The notes: generated by a model not told the origin, from the letters alone. Positions 7,391 to 17,091 are shown, counted from the first letter of the stretch. The stretch: DNA of 32,000 nucleotides from an uncultured archaeon (GCA_963704435.1 OY969902.1:820978-852977), one strand, 5' to 3'. Made by a program: numbers and translations.

Positions 7391-7425
7391 TTTTTTCTTT
7401 TTCTTTTCTTTTTTTATTTTTTCCT
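7391..7425 (+). terminator. Long oligo-T/pyrimidine tract, probable archaeal intrinsic terminator
   Basis: ttttttctttttcttttctttttttattttttcct starts 7 nt after the TAG stop (7382-7384). Archaeal RNAP terminates at oligo-T runs, and this tract contains several T5-T7 runs. Confidence 0.55.
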
Positions 7426-7526
7426 TGCTGTCAGCTTCCGCGCCGCTTTACTGCTGTAATCCCAAATAAGGAAAGGTATTTTAGCGCAGACGGACCATTG
7501 TCTGATACAATTGAATAGCGAAGAGC

Positions 7527-9269
7527 GTGCTCATGATGGCAAGCGTGACAGTCAGAATCGCAGGCGCGAACGGCGACGGCATAGAGTCGAGCGGAGCCCT
7601 GCTCATCAAGGTGGTCAGCAGGGGCGGCCTGCACGCCTTCGGCCACCGCGGCTACCAGTCCGTCATCAGGGGAGGCCATGTCTGGTACCAAGTGAGGGTC
7701 GGCGACGAGAAGCTGCTGAGCCACGGCGAAGGGGCAGACCTGCTCGTCGCGCTGAACCAGGACGCGATAGTCCACCAGAAGGCACACCTCAACGGGAACG
7801 CGATCGTGGTGTACGATCCCTCGAAGGTGGACGCGGCCCCGCTCTCAGGAACGAAGTGCATGCTCGTCAAGCTGCCAATGCTCGAACTCGCAGCGAAGGC
7901 GGGTGGCAGCCCTGTCATGAAGAACACCGTGGCTGTGGGTGCGGTGCTGGGATTCCTCGGCGTGAGCGCGGACCTGATGGCCGAGGTGCTGAAGGACATG
8001 TTCGCGGCAAAGGGCCAGAAGGTGGTCGACGGAAATATCGCAGCCGCCGCGGCGGGCTACGGGTATGAGGGCGTCAGGCAGTCGTACCACCTGAAGGGAG
8101 ACGGCGTGCGGAGGTACGTCGTCGACGGGAATTCCGCGCTCGCGGTCGGCGCTTACGCCGGAGGATGCAAGTTCTATTCCGCTTACCCGATGACTCCGGC
8201 GAGCGGCATAATGCATTGGTTCGCGGCCCACGAGAATGTCGGAGTAATGTTCAAGCAGGCCGAGGACGAGATCGCAGCGATCAACATGGCGATTGGTGCG
8301 TCGCAGGCCGGTGCGAGGGCCATGTGCGGGACCAGCGGAGGAGGGTTCTCGCTGATGGTCGAGGCGCTCGGCCTGGCCGGAATGCTCGAGACGCCGCTGG
8401 TGGTGGTGGACTCGCAGAGGACCGGGCCCAGCACGGGTCTTCCGAGCAAGACCGAGCAGGGCGACCTGCTGTTCGCGATGCACGCATCGCAGGGCGAGTT
8501 CCCGAGGGTAGTGGTCGCGCCGAGGAGCGTTGACGAGTGCTTCAGGATAGCCGGAGAGGCGTTCAACCTCGCGGACAGGTATCAGTGTCCGGTCATCATA
8601 CTATCGGACCAGTATCTCTCCGAGCACGTGGAGACCGTGGACGGGTTCGACGGCCCGTCCGCGATAGACAGGGGCAAGATTGCCGCGCGCGGAGACGGCG
8701 AAGGCAGGTTCAAGAGGTACCTGCTCACGGAAGACGGGGTCTCGCCAAGGTCGTTCCCGGGTATGCCGGGCCTCGAGTTCCTGGCAACGAGCTACGAGCA
8801 TGACGAGTACGGCGGAGTCGTCAGCGACGTCCTGTCGGGGCTCGATGAGCACGTGGAGATGCGGAGGAAGATGCATGACAAGAGGATGAGGAAGATAGTC
8901 ACGATGCTCAGCAAGGAGAGCGTGTTCGCGCCTAGCGTCGAGAACGAGGGCGCGGACTTCTTCCTTGTCGCGTTCGGCTCGACCGCGGAGCCTGCCACCG
9001 AGGCGCTCGGCCTTCTGAAGAAGAGGGGCCTGAACGCAGGCCTGATATCCTTCAGCTACCTGATGCCGCTGGACAGGGCGAAGACGAGGGGCGTCCTGCT
9101 GGGCAAGAGGCTCATCGGAGTGGAATGCAACTCGACCGCTCAGCTCGCGCAGCTGATAATGGTGGAGACGGGCGTGGAGATGAGGGACAGGATACTGAAG
9201 TACGACGGCGAGGCGTTCACGGCCGAGGAGATCGCCGCGCGCGCCGAGGAGATCGCAGGTAGGAGATAG
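7527..9269 (+). CDS. 2-oxoacid:ferredoxin oxidoreductase, alpha subunit (gamma-alpha fusion type; KorA/OorA-like, substrate not determinable)
   Basis: 580 aa. The N-terminal ~180 aa look like the OFOR gamma domain (VRIAGANGDGIESSGALL...GYQSVIRGGHVWYQVRV). This is followed by the alpha domain (AYPMTPASGIMHW...EDEIAAINMAIGASQAGARAM..TSGGGFSLM.E..G). The track start is GTG 7527; ATG 7533/7536 are alternatives. The stop abuts the beta-subunit start. Confidence 0.9.
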   Translation: MLMMASVTVRIAGANGDGIESSGALLIKVVSRGGLHAFGHRGYQSVIRGGHVWYQVRVGDEKLLSHGEGADLLVALNQDAIVHQKAHLNGNAIVVYDPSKVDAAPLSGTKCMLVKLPMLELAAKAGGSPVMKNTVAVGAVLGFLGVSADLMAEVLKDMFAAKGQKVVDGNIAAAAAGYGYEGVRQSYHLKGDGVRRYVVDGNSALAVGAYAGGCKFYSAYPMTPASGIMHWFAAHENVGVMFKQAEDEIAAINMAIGASQAGARAMCGTSGGGFSLMVEALGLAGMLETPLVVVDSQRTGPSTGLPSKTEQGDLLFAMHASQGEFPRVVVAPRSVDECFRIAGEAFNLADRYQCPVIILSDQYLSEHVETVDGFDGPSAIDRGKIAARGDGEGRFKRYLLTEDGVSPRSFPGMPGLEFLATSYEHDEYGGVVSDVLSGLDEHVEMRRKMHDKRMRKIVTMLSKESVFAPSVENEGADFFLVAFGSTAEPATEALGLLKKRGLNAGLISFSYLMPLDRAKTRGVLLGKRLIGVECNSTAQLAQLIMVETGVEMRDRILKYDGEAFTAEEIAARAEEIAGRR

Positions 9270-9270
9270 C

Positions 9271-10134
9271 ATGGCGAACGACTACGTTTCAGAGAGAAGG
9301 CCGGTATGGTGCCCGGGATGCGGCAACTACGCGATCGGCGCAGCGCTGGCCAAGGCGCTCGCGGACCTCCAGGCAGATAGGAGCCGCGTGCTCATCGTGT
9401 CGGGCATAGGCTGCGGCTCGGAGATGCCGCACTCGTTCAGCACCTATGGCATCGACAGCCTCCACGGCAGGCTGCTTCCAATCGCCGAGGGCGCCAAGCT
9501 CGCGAACGGAGAGCTCACCGTTGTCGCATCGGGCGGCGACGGCGACTGCTACGGCATAGGCGCAGGTCACTTGATCCACGCCGCGAGAAGGAACATAAAC
9601 ATCACGCTTATCGTCAGCAACAACGAGCTCTACGGCCTGACTACGGGTCAGGCGTCCCCCACGACGAAGATGGGGACCAAGACGAAATCGACACCGTTCG
9701 GCGACATAGAGCGCCCGCTGAACCCACTGGCGCTCGCGATAAGCGCTGGCGCCACTTACGTGGCGAGGGCGTTCGCCGGGGACCCGCAGCAGATGTCTGA
9801 GCTTATGCTTAACGGCATAGGGCACAGGGGCTTCTCGATCATAGACGTGCTGAGCCCGTGCGTGACCTTCACAGGGCAGCAGGCGTATGACCTGCTCAGG
9901 AAGAAGGTCTACAAAGTCGGGCAGGACCACGACCGGTCCAATGTCGCGTCGGCGATGCAGAAGGCGCTGGAGTGCGACCTGACCGGCTGGGAGAAGGTGC
10001 CAACTGGCCTGATCTACGAGACCGAGGTACCGACGTACGAGGACCTCGACGTCGCGCTGAAGAAGGGTCCCCTCATAAGCCAGCCGCTTCCGGGAAGAGA
10101 AGACGTGTCCGCGGTCATGGACGAGCTCAGGTAG
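9271..10134 (+). CDS. 2-oxoacid:ferredoxin oxidoreductase, beta subunit (TPP-binding; KorB/OorB-like)
   Basis: 287 aa. It has WCPGCGNYAI (Cys ligands), a GGDGDCYGIG...SNNELYGLTTGQ thiamine-diphosphate binding motif, and DVLSPCVTF. The start is 1 nt after the alpha stop (translational coupling). Confidence 0.9.
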   Translation: MANDYVSERRPVWCPGCGNYAIGAALAKALADLQADRSRVLIVSGIGCGSEMPHSFSTYGIDSLHGRLLPIAEGAKLANGELTVVASGGDGDCYGIGAGHLIHAARRNINITLIVSNNELYGLTTGQASPTTKMGTKTKSTPFGDIERPLNPLALAISAGATYVARAFAGDPQQMSELMLNGIGHRGFSIIDVLSPCVTFTGQQAYDLLRKKVYKVGQDHDRSNVASAMQKALECDLTGWEKVPTGLIYETEVPTYEDLDVALKKGPLISQPLPGREDVSAVMDELR

Positions 10135-10152
10135 CTCCGCAGCGCCAGCGCC

Positions 10153-10165
10153 AAAGTATTAAAAG
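10153..10165 (+). promoter_or_regulatory. TATA-like box upstream of the Thr-rich protein gene
   Basis: aaagtattaaaag lies 12-24 nt upstream of ATG 10177 and about 27 nt upstream of the second ATG (10186). This is compatible with a leaderless transcript starting at either Met. Confidence 0.35.
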
Positions 10166-10176
10166 CAAGGCGTTGT

Positions 10177-11181
10177 ATGAAAGGCATGTACGCCAACAAG
10201 GCGCTCGCCGTATTTTTTGCAGCGATCCTCACAATATCCCTTGCCGGTGCAGCGAATTATAGCAATACTCTAACCACTTCCTTACTTACCACAACACGCA
10301 CTACAACTTTGAATACTACCACATCGACTCGCACCACTACCATAACCACAATACCCACGACCGTCTATACGACGCTGCCTACGACATCGCGTACTACGAC
10401 CGTGAATACTACTACCATACTCCCAACATCGACTCGCACCACCACCGTCAACACAACAACCACAATCATTCCCGCAAATACCCTCCATGCAAACGCCACT
10501 ACAACAAAGACCTCTTCAACAACTTCAGCCACAACTTCCGTACGCTATAATGCAACAACCACGGTCCCTCCCAATACCAACACAATTCGCATAAATACTA
10601 CGACAATCGCGACCACCACGATACCACAGACCGCGATAGGCGCCAACTCCATTGTGATGATTACAGTGTCTCCTTCACAAGTAGGACAGACTATAATCAA
10701 TGGTTCATTCGCCGTCGAACCCACCAACTTCATCATCATCAACGGAGTTCCGACAATCACTATGTATGTGCTATACAATGGTTTGATTGTGAACACTAGC
10801 GTCATGACGCCATACCTTGAGAGGACGTTTCTGGTAAGCAACCATGTGCTCTATGTCCTGTTTGCTCCGCTCACAACTACGACCGTAAACGTTACCACCG
10901 CTTACACGACCCTTCCAACGACAACGGTACAGACTGGTCAAACCAGCGTTGTGACGACCGTGCTTCCCACCTCTACCACGGCTCCCATAACCAAGGCCCC
11001 CGTTAGCACTGTAGTGACCACCGTTCCCGCGAGTGCGGCGCAGAATTTGACTAGTTCTGTGAGGACTAGTACGATGACGACCGTGAATGCGACTAATGTA
11101 ACAGTCGCAACTTCCCCCACTTTGGGCGGAGTCTTCGTGCCGATCATAAACTTCTTCAAGAGGCTGTTTGGATTCATCTGA
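10177..11181 (+). CDS. Secreted threonine-rich (about 30% Thr) putative N-/O-glycosylated surface protein
   Basis: 334 aa. N-terminal signal-like segment: MKGMYANKALAVFFAAILTISLAGAA. I count about 100 Thr and 13 N-x-S/T sequons. There are internal repeats (T/S)RTTT(V/I)NTTT. A non-repetitive beta-rich core spans aa ~154-232. The C-terminal tail is hydrophobic/basic: GGVFVPIINFFKRLFGFI. Confidence 0.75.
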   Translation: MKGMYANKALAVFFAAILTISLAGAANYSNTLTTSLLTTTRTTTLNTTTSTRTTTITTIPTTVYTTLPTTSRTTTVNTTTILPTSTRTTTVNTTTTIIPANTLHANATTTKTSSTTSATTSVRYNATTTVPPNTNTIRINTTTIATTTIPQTAIGANSIVMITVSPSQVGQTIINGSFAVEPTNFIIINGVPTITMYVLYNGLIVNTSVMTPYLERTFLVSNHVLYVLFAPLTTTTVNVTTAYTTLPTTTVQTGQTSVVTTVLPTSTTAPITKAPVSTVVTTVPASAAQNLTSSVRTSTMTTVNATNVTVATSPTLGGVFVPIINFFKRLFGFI

Positions 11182-11188
11182 TGAGGAC

Positions 11189-11809
11189 TCATCTCTGAGA
11201 CTTCGCCAGCCTCTTCTTGACGTGCTTCAGCGAGGAGAACGTGTCCCTGTCTATCTCGTTAAGCGTGAAGGAGATGCTTGCCGCCTGCTTCTTCATGTTC
11301 GGCATGACTATGTTCTCCAAGGCGTTTACCCTCCTCTTCACCTTGTCTATCTCGATGACGAGCCTCCTCAGACCCTGCTCCCTCCTCGCGATCTCCACCA
11401 CCATCCTCTTGACCTCCCCGAACGCATCCTCGACGTCGCTGACCGCGACGCTGGTCTGCAGCGCAGCCCCCTGCCGCGCGTGGCCGAACCGCTCCTCTAT
11501 GATCGGTATCCTGACGCCCATCACATTAACTATCCCGAGGCTCACCCCGCTGGTGTCGCCCATCTGCGCCGCGGCTTGCTCGAGCTCGAAGTCCCCTGAG
11601 AACGTGGACGCTATCGCGGTGGTCTTGTAGGCGGCGCCCAGCACCTCCTGCAGCCTGCCCCTGTCCGCCTCCGACTTCTGGAGGATCTTGAAGAACTCGA
11701 TGACGAGCGCCTCCCTCTTCTTCTTGAGGAGGGCGTGGCCCTTGCCCGCGAGCTTGGCGCTCTTCTTCAGGTTTATCAGGTTCATCCGCGTCGGGTTGAT
11801 CCTCGCCAT
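11189..11809 (-). CDS. atpD: A-type (A1AO) ATP synthase subunit D
   Basis: The track ORF extends to 11905, but its first 32 codons overlap atpB. The homologous N-terminus [35 protein letters not shown] starts at ATG 11809, forming an ATGA overlap with the atpB stop. Confidence 0.9.
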   Translation of the reverse strand: MARINPTRMNLINLKKSAKLAGKGHALLKKKREALVIEFFKILQKSEADRGRLQEVLGAAYKTTAIASTFSGDFELEQAAAQMGDTSGVSLGIVNVMGVRIPIIEERFGHARQGAALQTSVAVSDVEDAFGEVKRMVVEIARREQGLRRLVIEIDKVKRRVNALENIVMPNMKKQAASISFTLNEIDRDTFSSLKHVKKRLAKSQR

Positions 11810-13200
11810 CACTTCTCGCCCTTGCGCTTCGGGAGGTACTTGTCGATGTATTCCTTCTTGATCCTCGTCAGTTCCTCCTCCGGCAGTCCTGACAGGAGTT
11901 CCCATCCGATCTGCAGGGTCTTCTCTATGTTCCTGTCCTCGTACTCGCCCTGGTTTATGAACCTCTTCTCGAACTCGTTGCCGAAGCCGAGGTACAGCTT
12001 GTCGCCCTCGCTCAGCGCCTCCGCCCCGATTATCGCGCTCAGGTTCCTCGCCTCCTGCGCCCTCGAGTACGCTCCGGCGAGCTGGTCCGCGACTCCCCTG
12101 TGGTCCTCCCTCGTCTTCCCTGCTCCGATTCCGCTTCCCATGAGCCTCGACAGCGACCCGATCGGGTTGACAGGAGGGTAGAGGCCCTTGTTGCCCAGCC
12201 CCCTGTCCAGGTATATCTGGCCCTCGGTGATGTATCCCGTCAGGTCGGGTATCGGGTGGGTGACGTCGTCTCCCGGCATGGTGAGTATGTTCAGCTGGGT
12301 TATGCTCCCCTTCTTTCCGCTCACGACTCCCGCCCTCTCGTATATGTTCGCGAGGTCCGTGTACATGTATCCTGGGTAGCCCCTCCTTCCAGGGACCTCC
12401 TCCCTCGCGCTCGCGAGCTCCCTGAGCGACTCGCAGTAGTTCGTCATGTCCGTCAGCATGACCAGAACGTGCATGCCCCTCTCGTACGCGAGGAACTCCG
12501 CTGTCGTCAGCGCAAGCCTAGGGGTGAGTATCCTCTCGATGCTCGGGTCGTCTGCGAGGTTGATGAACGCGACCGTCCTCTCCAGCGATCCCGTCTTCCT
12601 GAAGTTCTCTATGAAGTAGGACGCGTCGTCGTACGTGACGCCGATCCCCGCGAAGACCACGGCGAACTTCTCGCTCATGTTCTTGACCTTCGCCTGCCGC
12701 GCGATCTGAGCCGCGAGCTGGTTGTGCGGCAGTCCCGCGCCCGAGAATATCGGGAGCTTCTGTCCCCTGACCAGGGTCATCATGCAGTCGATCGTCGACA
12801 CTCCCGTCTCAATGAAGTCGCTGGGCATCTGCCTCGCCACCGGATTCATGGGCTCCCCGTTTATGTCCCTCTTCTCTCCGCCGAGCATCTCTGCCCCGCC
12901 GTCCTTCGGCTTGCCCTGCCCGTTGAATATCCTACCGAGCATGTCGTCGCTTACGTGGGTCATGAACGTCTCGCCAAGGAAGCTCACAGAGGTGGTCTCG
13001 ACGTTTATCCCGCTGGTCGGCCCGAAGACCTGCACCACGGCGTAGCCGTCCGCGCTCTCGAGCACCTGCCCGAGCTTGCTCTCCCCGTTCGCCAGGTTGA
13101 TCCTGACTATCTCGCCGTAGGCTGCGTTCCTGACGCTGCTCACCACTATGAGCGGCCCCGCCACGCGGTCAATCGTCTTGTATTCCACATCGAATTTCAT
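11809..13200 (-). CDS. atpB: A-type ATP synthase subunit B (non-catalytic)
   Basis: 463 aa. It has [21 protein letters not shown] and [24 protein letters not shown], typical of A/V-type B subunits. It overlaps the atpA stop by ATGA. Confidence 0.95.
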   Translation of the reverse strand: MKFDVEYKTIDRVAGPLIVVSSVRNAAYGEIVRINLANGESKLGQVLESADGYAVVQVFGPTSGINVETTSVSFLGETFMTHVSDDMLGRIFNGQGKPKDGGAEMLGGEKRDINGEPMNPVARQMPSDFIETGVSTIDCMMTLVRGQKLPIFSGAGLPHNQLAAQIARQAKVKNMSEKFAVVFAGIGVTYDDASYFIENFRKTGSLERTVAFINLADDPSIERILTPRLALTTAEFLAYERGMHVLVMLTDMTNYCESLRELASAREEVPGRRGYPGYMYTDLANIYERAGVVSGKKGSITQLNILTMPGDDVTHPIPDLTGYITEGQIYLDRGLGNKGLYPPVNPIGSLSRLMGSGIGAGKTREDHRGVADQLAGAYSRAQEARNLSAIIGAEALSEGDKLYLGFGNEFEKRFINQGEYEDRNIEKTLQIGWELLSGLPEEELTRIKKEYIDKYLPKRKGEK

Positions 13201-14987
13201 TCGCTCACCTTCTCCTCAGCAATGGCCTCCTCCTTCACCATCTTCCCGAACTCAGTGTCGATATCGCCGGTTACGGCCTTCGACTCGCCGTCGATCGAGT
13301 GCTCCCTGACCTCCTTCATCCTGGCCAGCCTGCCCCTTACCGCGGCCTTCATTATCTTGTCCGCGCTCACGCCCTTCCCTGCGGCATCGGCGGCCATGTC
13401 GCTGAAGTGCAGTATCGCCTTGAGCATCAGGTCCTGCTTCTTCAGGCTCGTGTACGCGTCGACCTCCTCGTACGCGTTCTGCCTCAGGAAGCTCTCCCTG
13501 AGCATCCTGCCGACCTCGAGCACTATCCTTTCGCTGTCCGGCAGCGCGTCCGCGCCCACGAGCTGGACTATATCCTTGAGGTCCGCCTCCTTCTGAAGCA
13601 GAGTCATCGCCTGCTTCCTCAGCCCGCCGAACTCCGGGCTGACGTTCTCGGAGTACCACTTGTCAAGCGCGTTGATGTAGAGCGAGTAGCTCGTGAGCCA
13701 GTTTATCGCCGGGAAGTGCTTGGCCCCGGCGAGCGACGCGTCCAGCGCCCAGAATGTCTTTATGACCCTGAGCGTGCCTTGCGACACCGGCTCGGACAGG
13801 TCGCCTCCCGGCGGCGATATGGATCCAACAACGGTTATCGATCCCATCGCGCCGCTGAGCGTCATGACCCTCCCGGCCCTCTCGTAGAACTCGGCTAGCC
13901 TCTTGGGCAGGTATGCGGGATATCCCTCCTCGCCAGGCATCTCCTCGAGCCTTGCGGATATCTCCCTCATCGCCTCGGCCCATCTCGATGTCGAGTCGGC
14001 CATGAGCGCGACGTCGTAGCCCATGTCCCTGAAGTACTCGGCCATGGTTATGCTGGTGTAGACGCTAGCCTCCCTCGCGGCCACCGGCATGTTGCTCGTG
14101 TTAGCTATGAGTATCGTACGTTCCATGAGCGGCCTGCCCGTCTTCGGGTCCTTGAGCTCCGGGAACTCGACCAGCACGTCGGTCATCTCATTGCCCCTCT
14201 CCCCGCATCCGACGTAAACCACTATGTCCGCGTCGGCGTATTTCGCTATCTGGTGCAGCGTGACGGTCTTCCCGCTCCCGAACGGGCCTGGAACGCCCGC
14301 TACGCCTCCCTTCGCGACCGGGAACAGCGTGTCTATGATCCTCTGGCCGGTCAGCAGCGGGACGTTCGCGGCTATCTTGTCCGCGAACTTCGATCCGGTC
14401 CTCACCGACCGGGTCTGCAGCATCGTTATCACGACCTTGCCCTTCGCGGTTCTAACAGAGGCGACCTCGCTCTCCACGGTGAACGTCCCCTCCCTTATGT
14501 GCTCGATCGTGCCCGAGACTCCGTAGGGCACCATTATCCTGTGCTTTATCAGCTCGGTCTCCTGCACGTATCCGAGCACCTGGCCCTCCTTGACCCTCGT
14601 GCCCTTCTTGACTCCCTTCTCGACGTGGAAGTGCCACTTCTTCTTCCTGTCTATGGCGTTTATCGCTATGCCTCGCGCTATGAAATCCCCGCTCCTGTCC
14701 CTGATGACGTCGAGCGGCCTCTGCACCCCGTCAAATATCTTCGACAGCAGGCCCGGCCCCAGCTCCACCGAGAGCGGCTTGCCCGTCGAGGTCACCTCCT
14801 CGCCCGGCCTGACCCCGCTGGTGTCCTCGTAGACCTGTATGACTGCCCTGTCCTTCTCCAGCCGTATTATCTCGCCTATGAGCTTTGCTGACCCGACCTT
14901 CACGACGTCGTACATGCTGCTTCCGAGCATGCCCTTCGCGACTACGAGCGGTCCCGCGATTCTCTCTATTGTTTCCATCATAATCAC
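13197..14987 (-). CDS. atpA: A-type ATP synthase subunit A (catalytic)
   Basis: 596 aa. Walker A GPFGSGKT is present, along with [24 protein letters not shown] and the A/V-type insertion after the N-terminal beta-barrel. The track start is GTG 14987 (GTGA overlap with the atpF stop); ATG 14981 is the alternative. Confidence 0.95.
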   Translation of the reverse strand: MIMMETIERIAGPLVVAKGMLGSSMYDVVKVGSAKLIGEIIRLEKDRAVIQVYEDTSGVRPGEEVTSTGKPLSVELGPGLLSKIFDGVQRPLDVIRDRSGDFIARGIAINAIDRKKKWHFHVEKGVKKGTRVKEGQVLGYVQETELIKHRIMVPYGVSGTIEHIREGTFTVESEVASVRTAKGKVVITMLQTRSVRTGSKFADKIAANVPLLTGQRIIDTLFPVAKGGVAGVPGPFGSGKTVTLHQIAKYADADIVVYVGCGERGNEMTDVLVEFPELKDPKTGRPLMERTILIANTSNMPVAAREASVYTSITMAEYFRDMGYDVALMADSTSRWAEAMREISARLEEMPGEEGYPAYLPKRLAEFYERAGRVMTLSGAMGSITVVGSISPPGGDLSEPVSQGTLRVIKTFWALDASLAGAKHFPAINWLTSYSLYINALDKWYSENVSPEFGGLRKQAMTLLQKEADLKDIVQLVGADALPDSERIVLEVGRMLRESFLRQNAYEEVDAYTSLKKQDLMLKAILHFSDMAADAAGKGVSADKIMKAAVRGRLARMKEVREHSIDGESKAVTGDIDTEFGKMVKEEAIAEEKVSE

Positions 14988-15313
14988 TTCTTGTTTTTGT
15001 CCGCAGCCATCAGGTCGATGCCGACGGCCCTGAGTATCAATTTCCTGAGCGAGTCCGCGTGGGTCTCCTTCTGCCCGTATCCCGATACCGAGATGACCAC
15101 GGGGTCGAGCGAGTTCTCTATCCTGTGGAGCAGCCTCCTGTCCTTGACCCTTGATATTGCGTCCTCGCTGGCTATTATTATGCCCACGTCCTTGCGCTCG
15201 AACAGGTCCGAGAGCAGCCTGTCCGGCTCCTCGCCCTTGCTGAGCGGGTAGGTCTCCTTCACTCCCGACAGCTTCAGGCCCAGGGACAGCAGCTGGTCCC
15301 CCACGACGACCAT
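14984..15313 (-). CDS. atpF: A-type ATP synthase subunit F
   Basis: The small protein [22 protein letters not shown]...[10 protein letters not shown] matches the AtpF pattern. The track ORF starts 10 codons earlier (ATG 15343, overlapping atpC). I prefer ATG 15313, but either is possible. Confidence 0.85.
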   Translation of the reverse strand: MVVVGDQLLSLGLKLSGVKETYPLSKGEEPDRLLSDLFERKDVGIIIASEDAISRVKDRRLLHRIENSLDPVVISVSGYGQKETHADSLRKLILRAVGIDLMAADKNKK

Positions 15314-15330
15314 CCTCTTGATCTGAGAGT

Positions 15331-16395
15331 TCACTTGAACCATGTGATCATCCTCCTTATCTCGTCGTCGCCCAGTCCGTAGCTCTTGCCCTTTATTATT
15401 ATTCTGAGCGTCGAGACCTCTATCTCCTTCAGGTACAGGAACGCGATTATCGTGCCGAACGAGAGCACGCTGTGCCTGACCGCCTTGAGAGCGTCGCGGA
15501 ACAGCTCGTTCATCATCGCGATCTCGAATATCATGAGGGACCTGCCCTTGCCAGCGGCGTACTCGGCGGCGGCCTGCTTCAGGTCGAACGCGCCAATCGA
15601 GACTGCTAGGGCGTCAACGCTCTTGGAGCTCTCGAACGCCTTGCCCAGCGCGGCTATGCCCACGCTCCCGTTGCGCACAAGGTAGCCCCGGATCTCGGAG
15701 AACTCCCTCCCGTGCCTCTTCGCGTTGAGCAGCATGAGCGCGTTCTTCAGGTCTATCCTTCTGGCGATGAGCTGCGCCGACTCCCTGTTGATCTTCCTGA
15801 GCTTCTCGATAGTCGATCCGAGCTTGGCGTAGTACGCGACGTCTATCGCGCTGTCGACCTCCATCAGGTCCTTCGACTTCCTGTAGGCGTTCAGCGCGGA
15901 CCTCATCTCCTGCTTGTATGGCGTCGCGGCCGCGAGCTTCCCTATCGCGCTCTCGATGCTGTTCGTGGCCATCGCCTCCTTGACCCTCGCCGCGCTGACG
16001 TACTTCGAGTCTATCAGGTACCGGGATATGTCATCGAATCCCTTGCCCGTGCCCATGGCGCCTATCATGAACTTCGCATTGCTCATGTCCCACACTCCGA
16101 CGATGTCGCGCACTATCTCCCTGTGCGCAGGGGGAGCGACCGCGACCAGCTTGTTCGTCTCCTTTCCCAGGCTCTTGCTCAGCGCGAAGTCTATCAGCTT
16201 GTCCATCGACTTCGTGCCCCCGAACTCCTCGACGTAGCCCTTGTAGCTGGTCTGGAGGAGCATCGCGCCCATGCTCTCCGTCTCCTTTGCTGCAAGCATG
16301 CGCTCTATCGCGTCCCTCGCGACCAGCTTGGACTCCATCGCCTTCACTCGGGTGTTGGAGTAGCCATACCTTATAGCGTCGCGGAATCCTGGCAT
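15331..16395 (-). CDS. atpC: A-type ATP synthase subunit C (V-type d homologue)
   Basis: 354 aa, all-helical. The N-terminus [16 protein letters not shown] resembles the conserved AtpC start. It occupies the canonical position between atpE and atpF. Confidence 0.9.
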   Translation of the reverse strand: MPGFRDAIRYGYSNTRVKAMESKLVARDAIERMLAAKETESMGAMLLQTSYKGYVEEFGGTKSMDKLIDFALSKSLGKETNKLVAVAPPAHREIVRDIVGVWDMSNAKFMIGAMGTGKGFDDISRYLIDSKYVSAARVKEAMATNSIESAIGKLAAATPYKQEMRSALNAYRKSKDLMEVDSAIDVAYYAKLGSTIEKLRKINRESAQLIARRIDLKNALMLLNAKRHGREFSEIRGYLVRNGSVGIAALGKAFESSKSVDALAVSIGAFDLKQAAAEYAAGKGRSLMIFEIAMMNELFRDALKAVRHSVLSFGTIIAFLYLKEIEVSTLRIIIKGKSYGLGDDEIRRMITWFK

Positions 16396-16401
16396 CTGTC
16401 G

Positions 16402-17082
16402 TCACTTGCGCTTGCGCTTCGGCTTGTGTTTCAAGGCCGTCTTCCTGGAAGCATTTTTCGGCACCTTCTTCTTGGCTGCCCCTTTGCCGAATTTCTTCTT
16501 CGCGATCCCTCTCTTACCGGTTCCGAAGACGCCCTTCCTTAGCGCCTCCTTCACAGTGTCGCGGTTCCTGTCGAAGAGGGTGTCCAGCGTAGCGTCTATC
16601 TTTATCCTGCCGTCTGCCGCGTAGATTACGAGCCCGTCCATCTTTCCTTGGCTGTGCCTTATCTTTCCGGCGAATCCCTTCGCGAACTTCGCGTCCCGCT
16701 TGTCCATGACGAGCGTGAGACTCTCCATCGGAGATACCTTCAGCGCCTCCTTTATCGCAGAGTCGAAGAGCCTCCCGTAGCCCTTCTCCTTGACGCGCTT
16801 GATGACGCTGCCCCTTATCCGCTCCACGAGCCCGTCGATCGTCTTCTCCCTGGCCGCGAGCAGGAGGTTACGCTCCTGCATCTCCCTCGACGACCTGTAC
16901 TCGAGGCTAAGTCTGCCGATCTCGTCCTTGAGCTCGCGCTCGAACGCCTCGTCCGCGGCATCAGCCCTGGCCTTCGCCTCTTTGACAATGGCCGCGGCCT
17001 CTCTCCTGGCCTTGGCCTCGATCTCATCGGACCTGCGCTTGGCGTCGTCCTGTATCTCCTTCTGCAGTGCATCCAACGGCAT
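16402..17082 (-). CDS. atpE: A-type ATP synthase subunit E (peripheral stalk) with unusual Lys/Arg-rich C-terminal tail
   Basis: 226 aa. N-terminal coiled coil LQKEIQDDAKRRSDEIEAKARREAAAIVKEAKARAD, then a globular C-domain. It sits in the canonical position between atpK and atpC. The last ~38 aa are GKRGIAKKKFGKGAAKKKVPKNASRKTALKHKPKRKRK. Confidence 0.85.
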   Translation of the reverse strand: MPLDALQKEIQDDAKRRSDEIEAKARREAAAIVKEAKARADAADEAFERELKDEIGRLSLEYRSSREMQERNLLLAAREKTIDGLVERIRGSVIKRVKEKGYGRLFDSAIKEALKVSPMESLTLVMDKRDAKFAKGFAGKIRHSQGKMDGLVIYAADGRIKIDATLDTLFDRNRDTVKEALRKGVFGTGKRGIAKKKFGKGAAKKKVPKNASRKTALKHKPKRKRK

Positions 17083-17091
17083 GTACTGACC

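Noticed and set aside
7511-8068. 185-aa plus-strand ORF overlapping the OFOR alpha gene in another frame, and minus-strand ORFs 7431..7787, 7845..8483 and 8601..9272.
   Set aside because: These are alternative-frame or antisense ORFs within a gene whose correct frame shows clear OFOR gamma/alpha motifs. The extreme Arg/Gly content indicates a GC artefact.
11179-11191. Possible bidirectional terminator hairpin between the convergent Thr-rich protein gene and atpD (stops 7 nt apart).
   Set aside because: I could not find a convincing stem-loop or oligo-T run in or around the 7-nt gap. Termination signals, if any, must lie inside the opposing coding regions, and this cannot be supported from sequence alone.
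11810-11905. 32-codon N-terminal extension of atpD in the track ORF ([16 protein letters not shown]...).
   Set aside because: It lies entirely inside the 3' end of atpB. The conserved AtpD N-terminus begins at [11 protein letters not shown] (ATG 11809), which forms an ATGA overlap with the atpB stop.
12100-13596. 498-aa plus-strand ORF and other long plus-strand ORFs across the atp operon (13299..13898, 14253..14891, 15712..16542, 16648..17325).
   Set aside because: They are antisense shadows of atpB/A/C/E, which have unambiguous conserved motifs on the minus strand. The translations are Arg/Leu/Pro/His-rich with no motifs.
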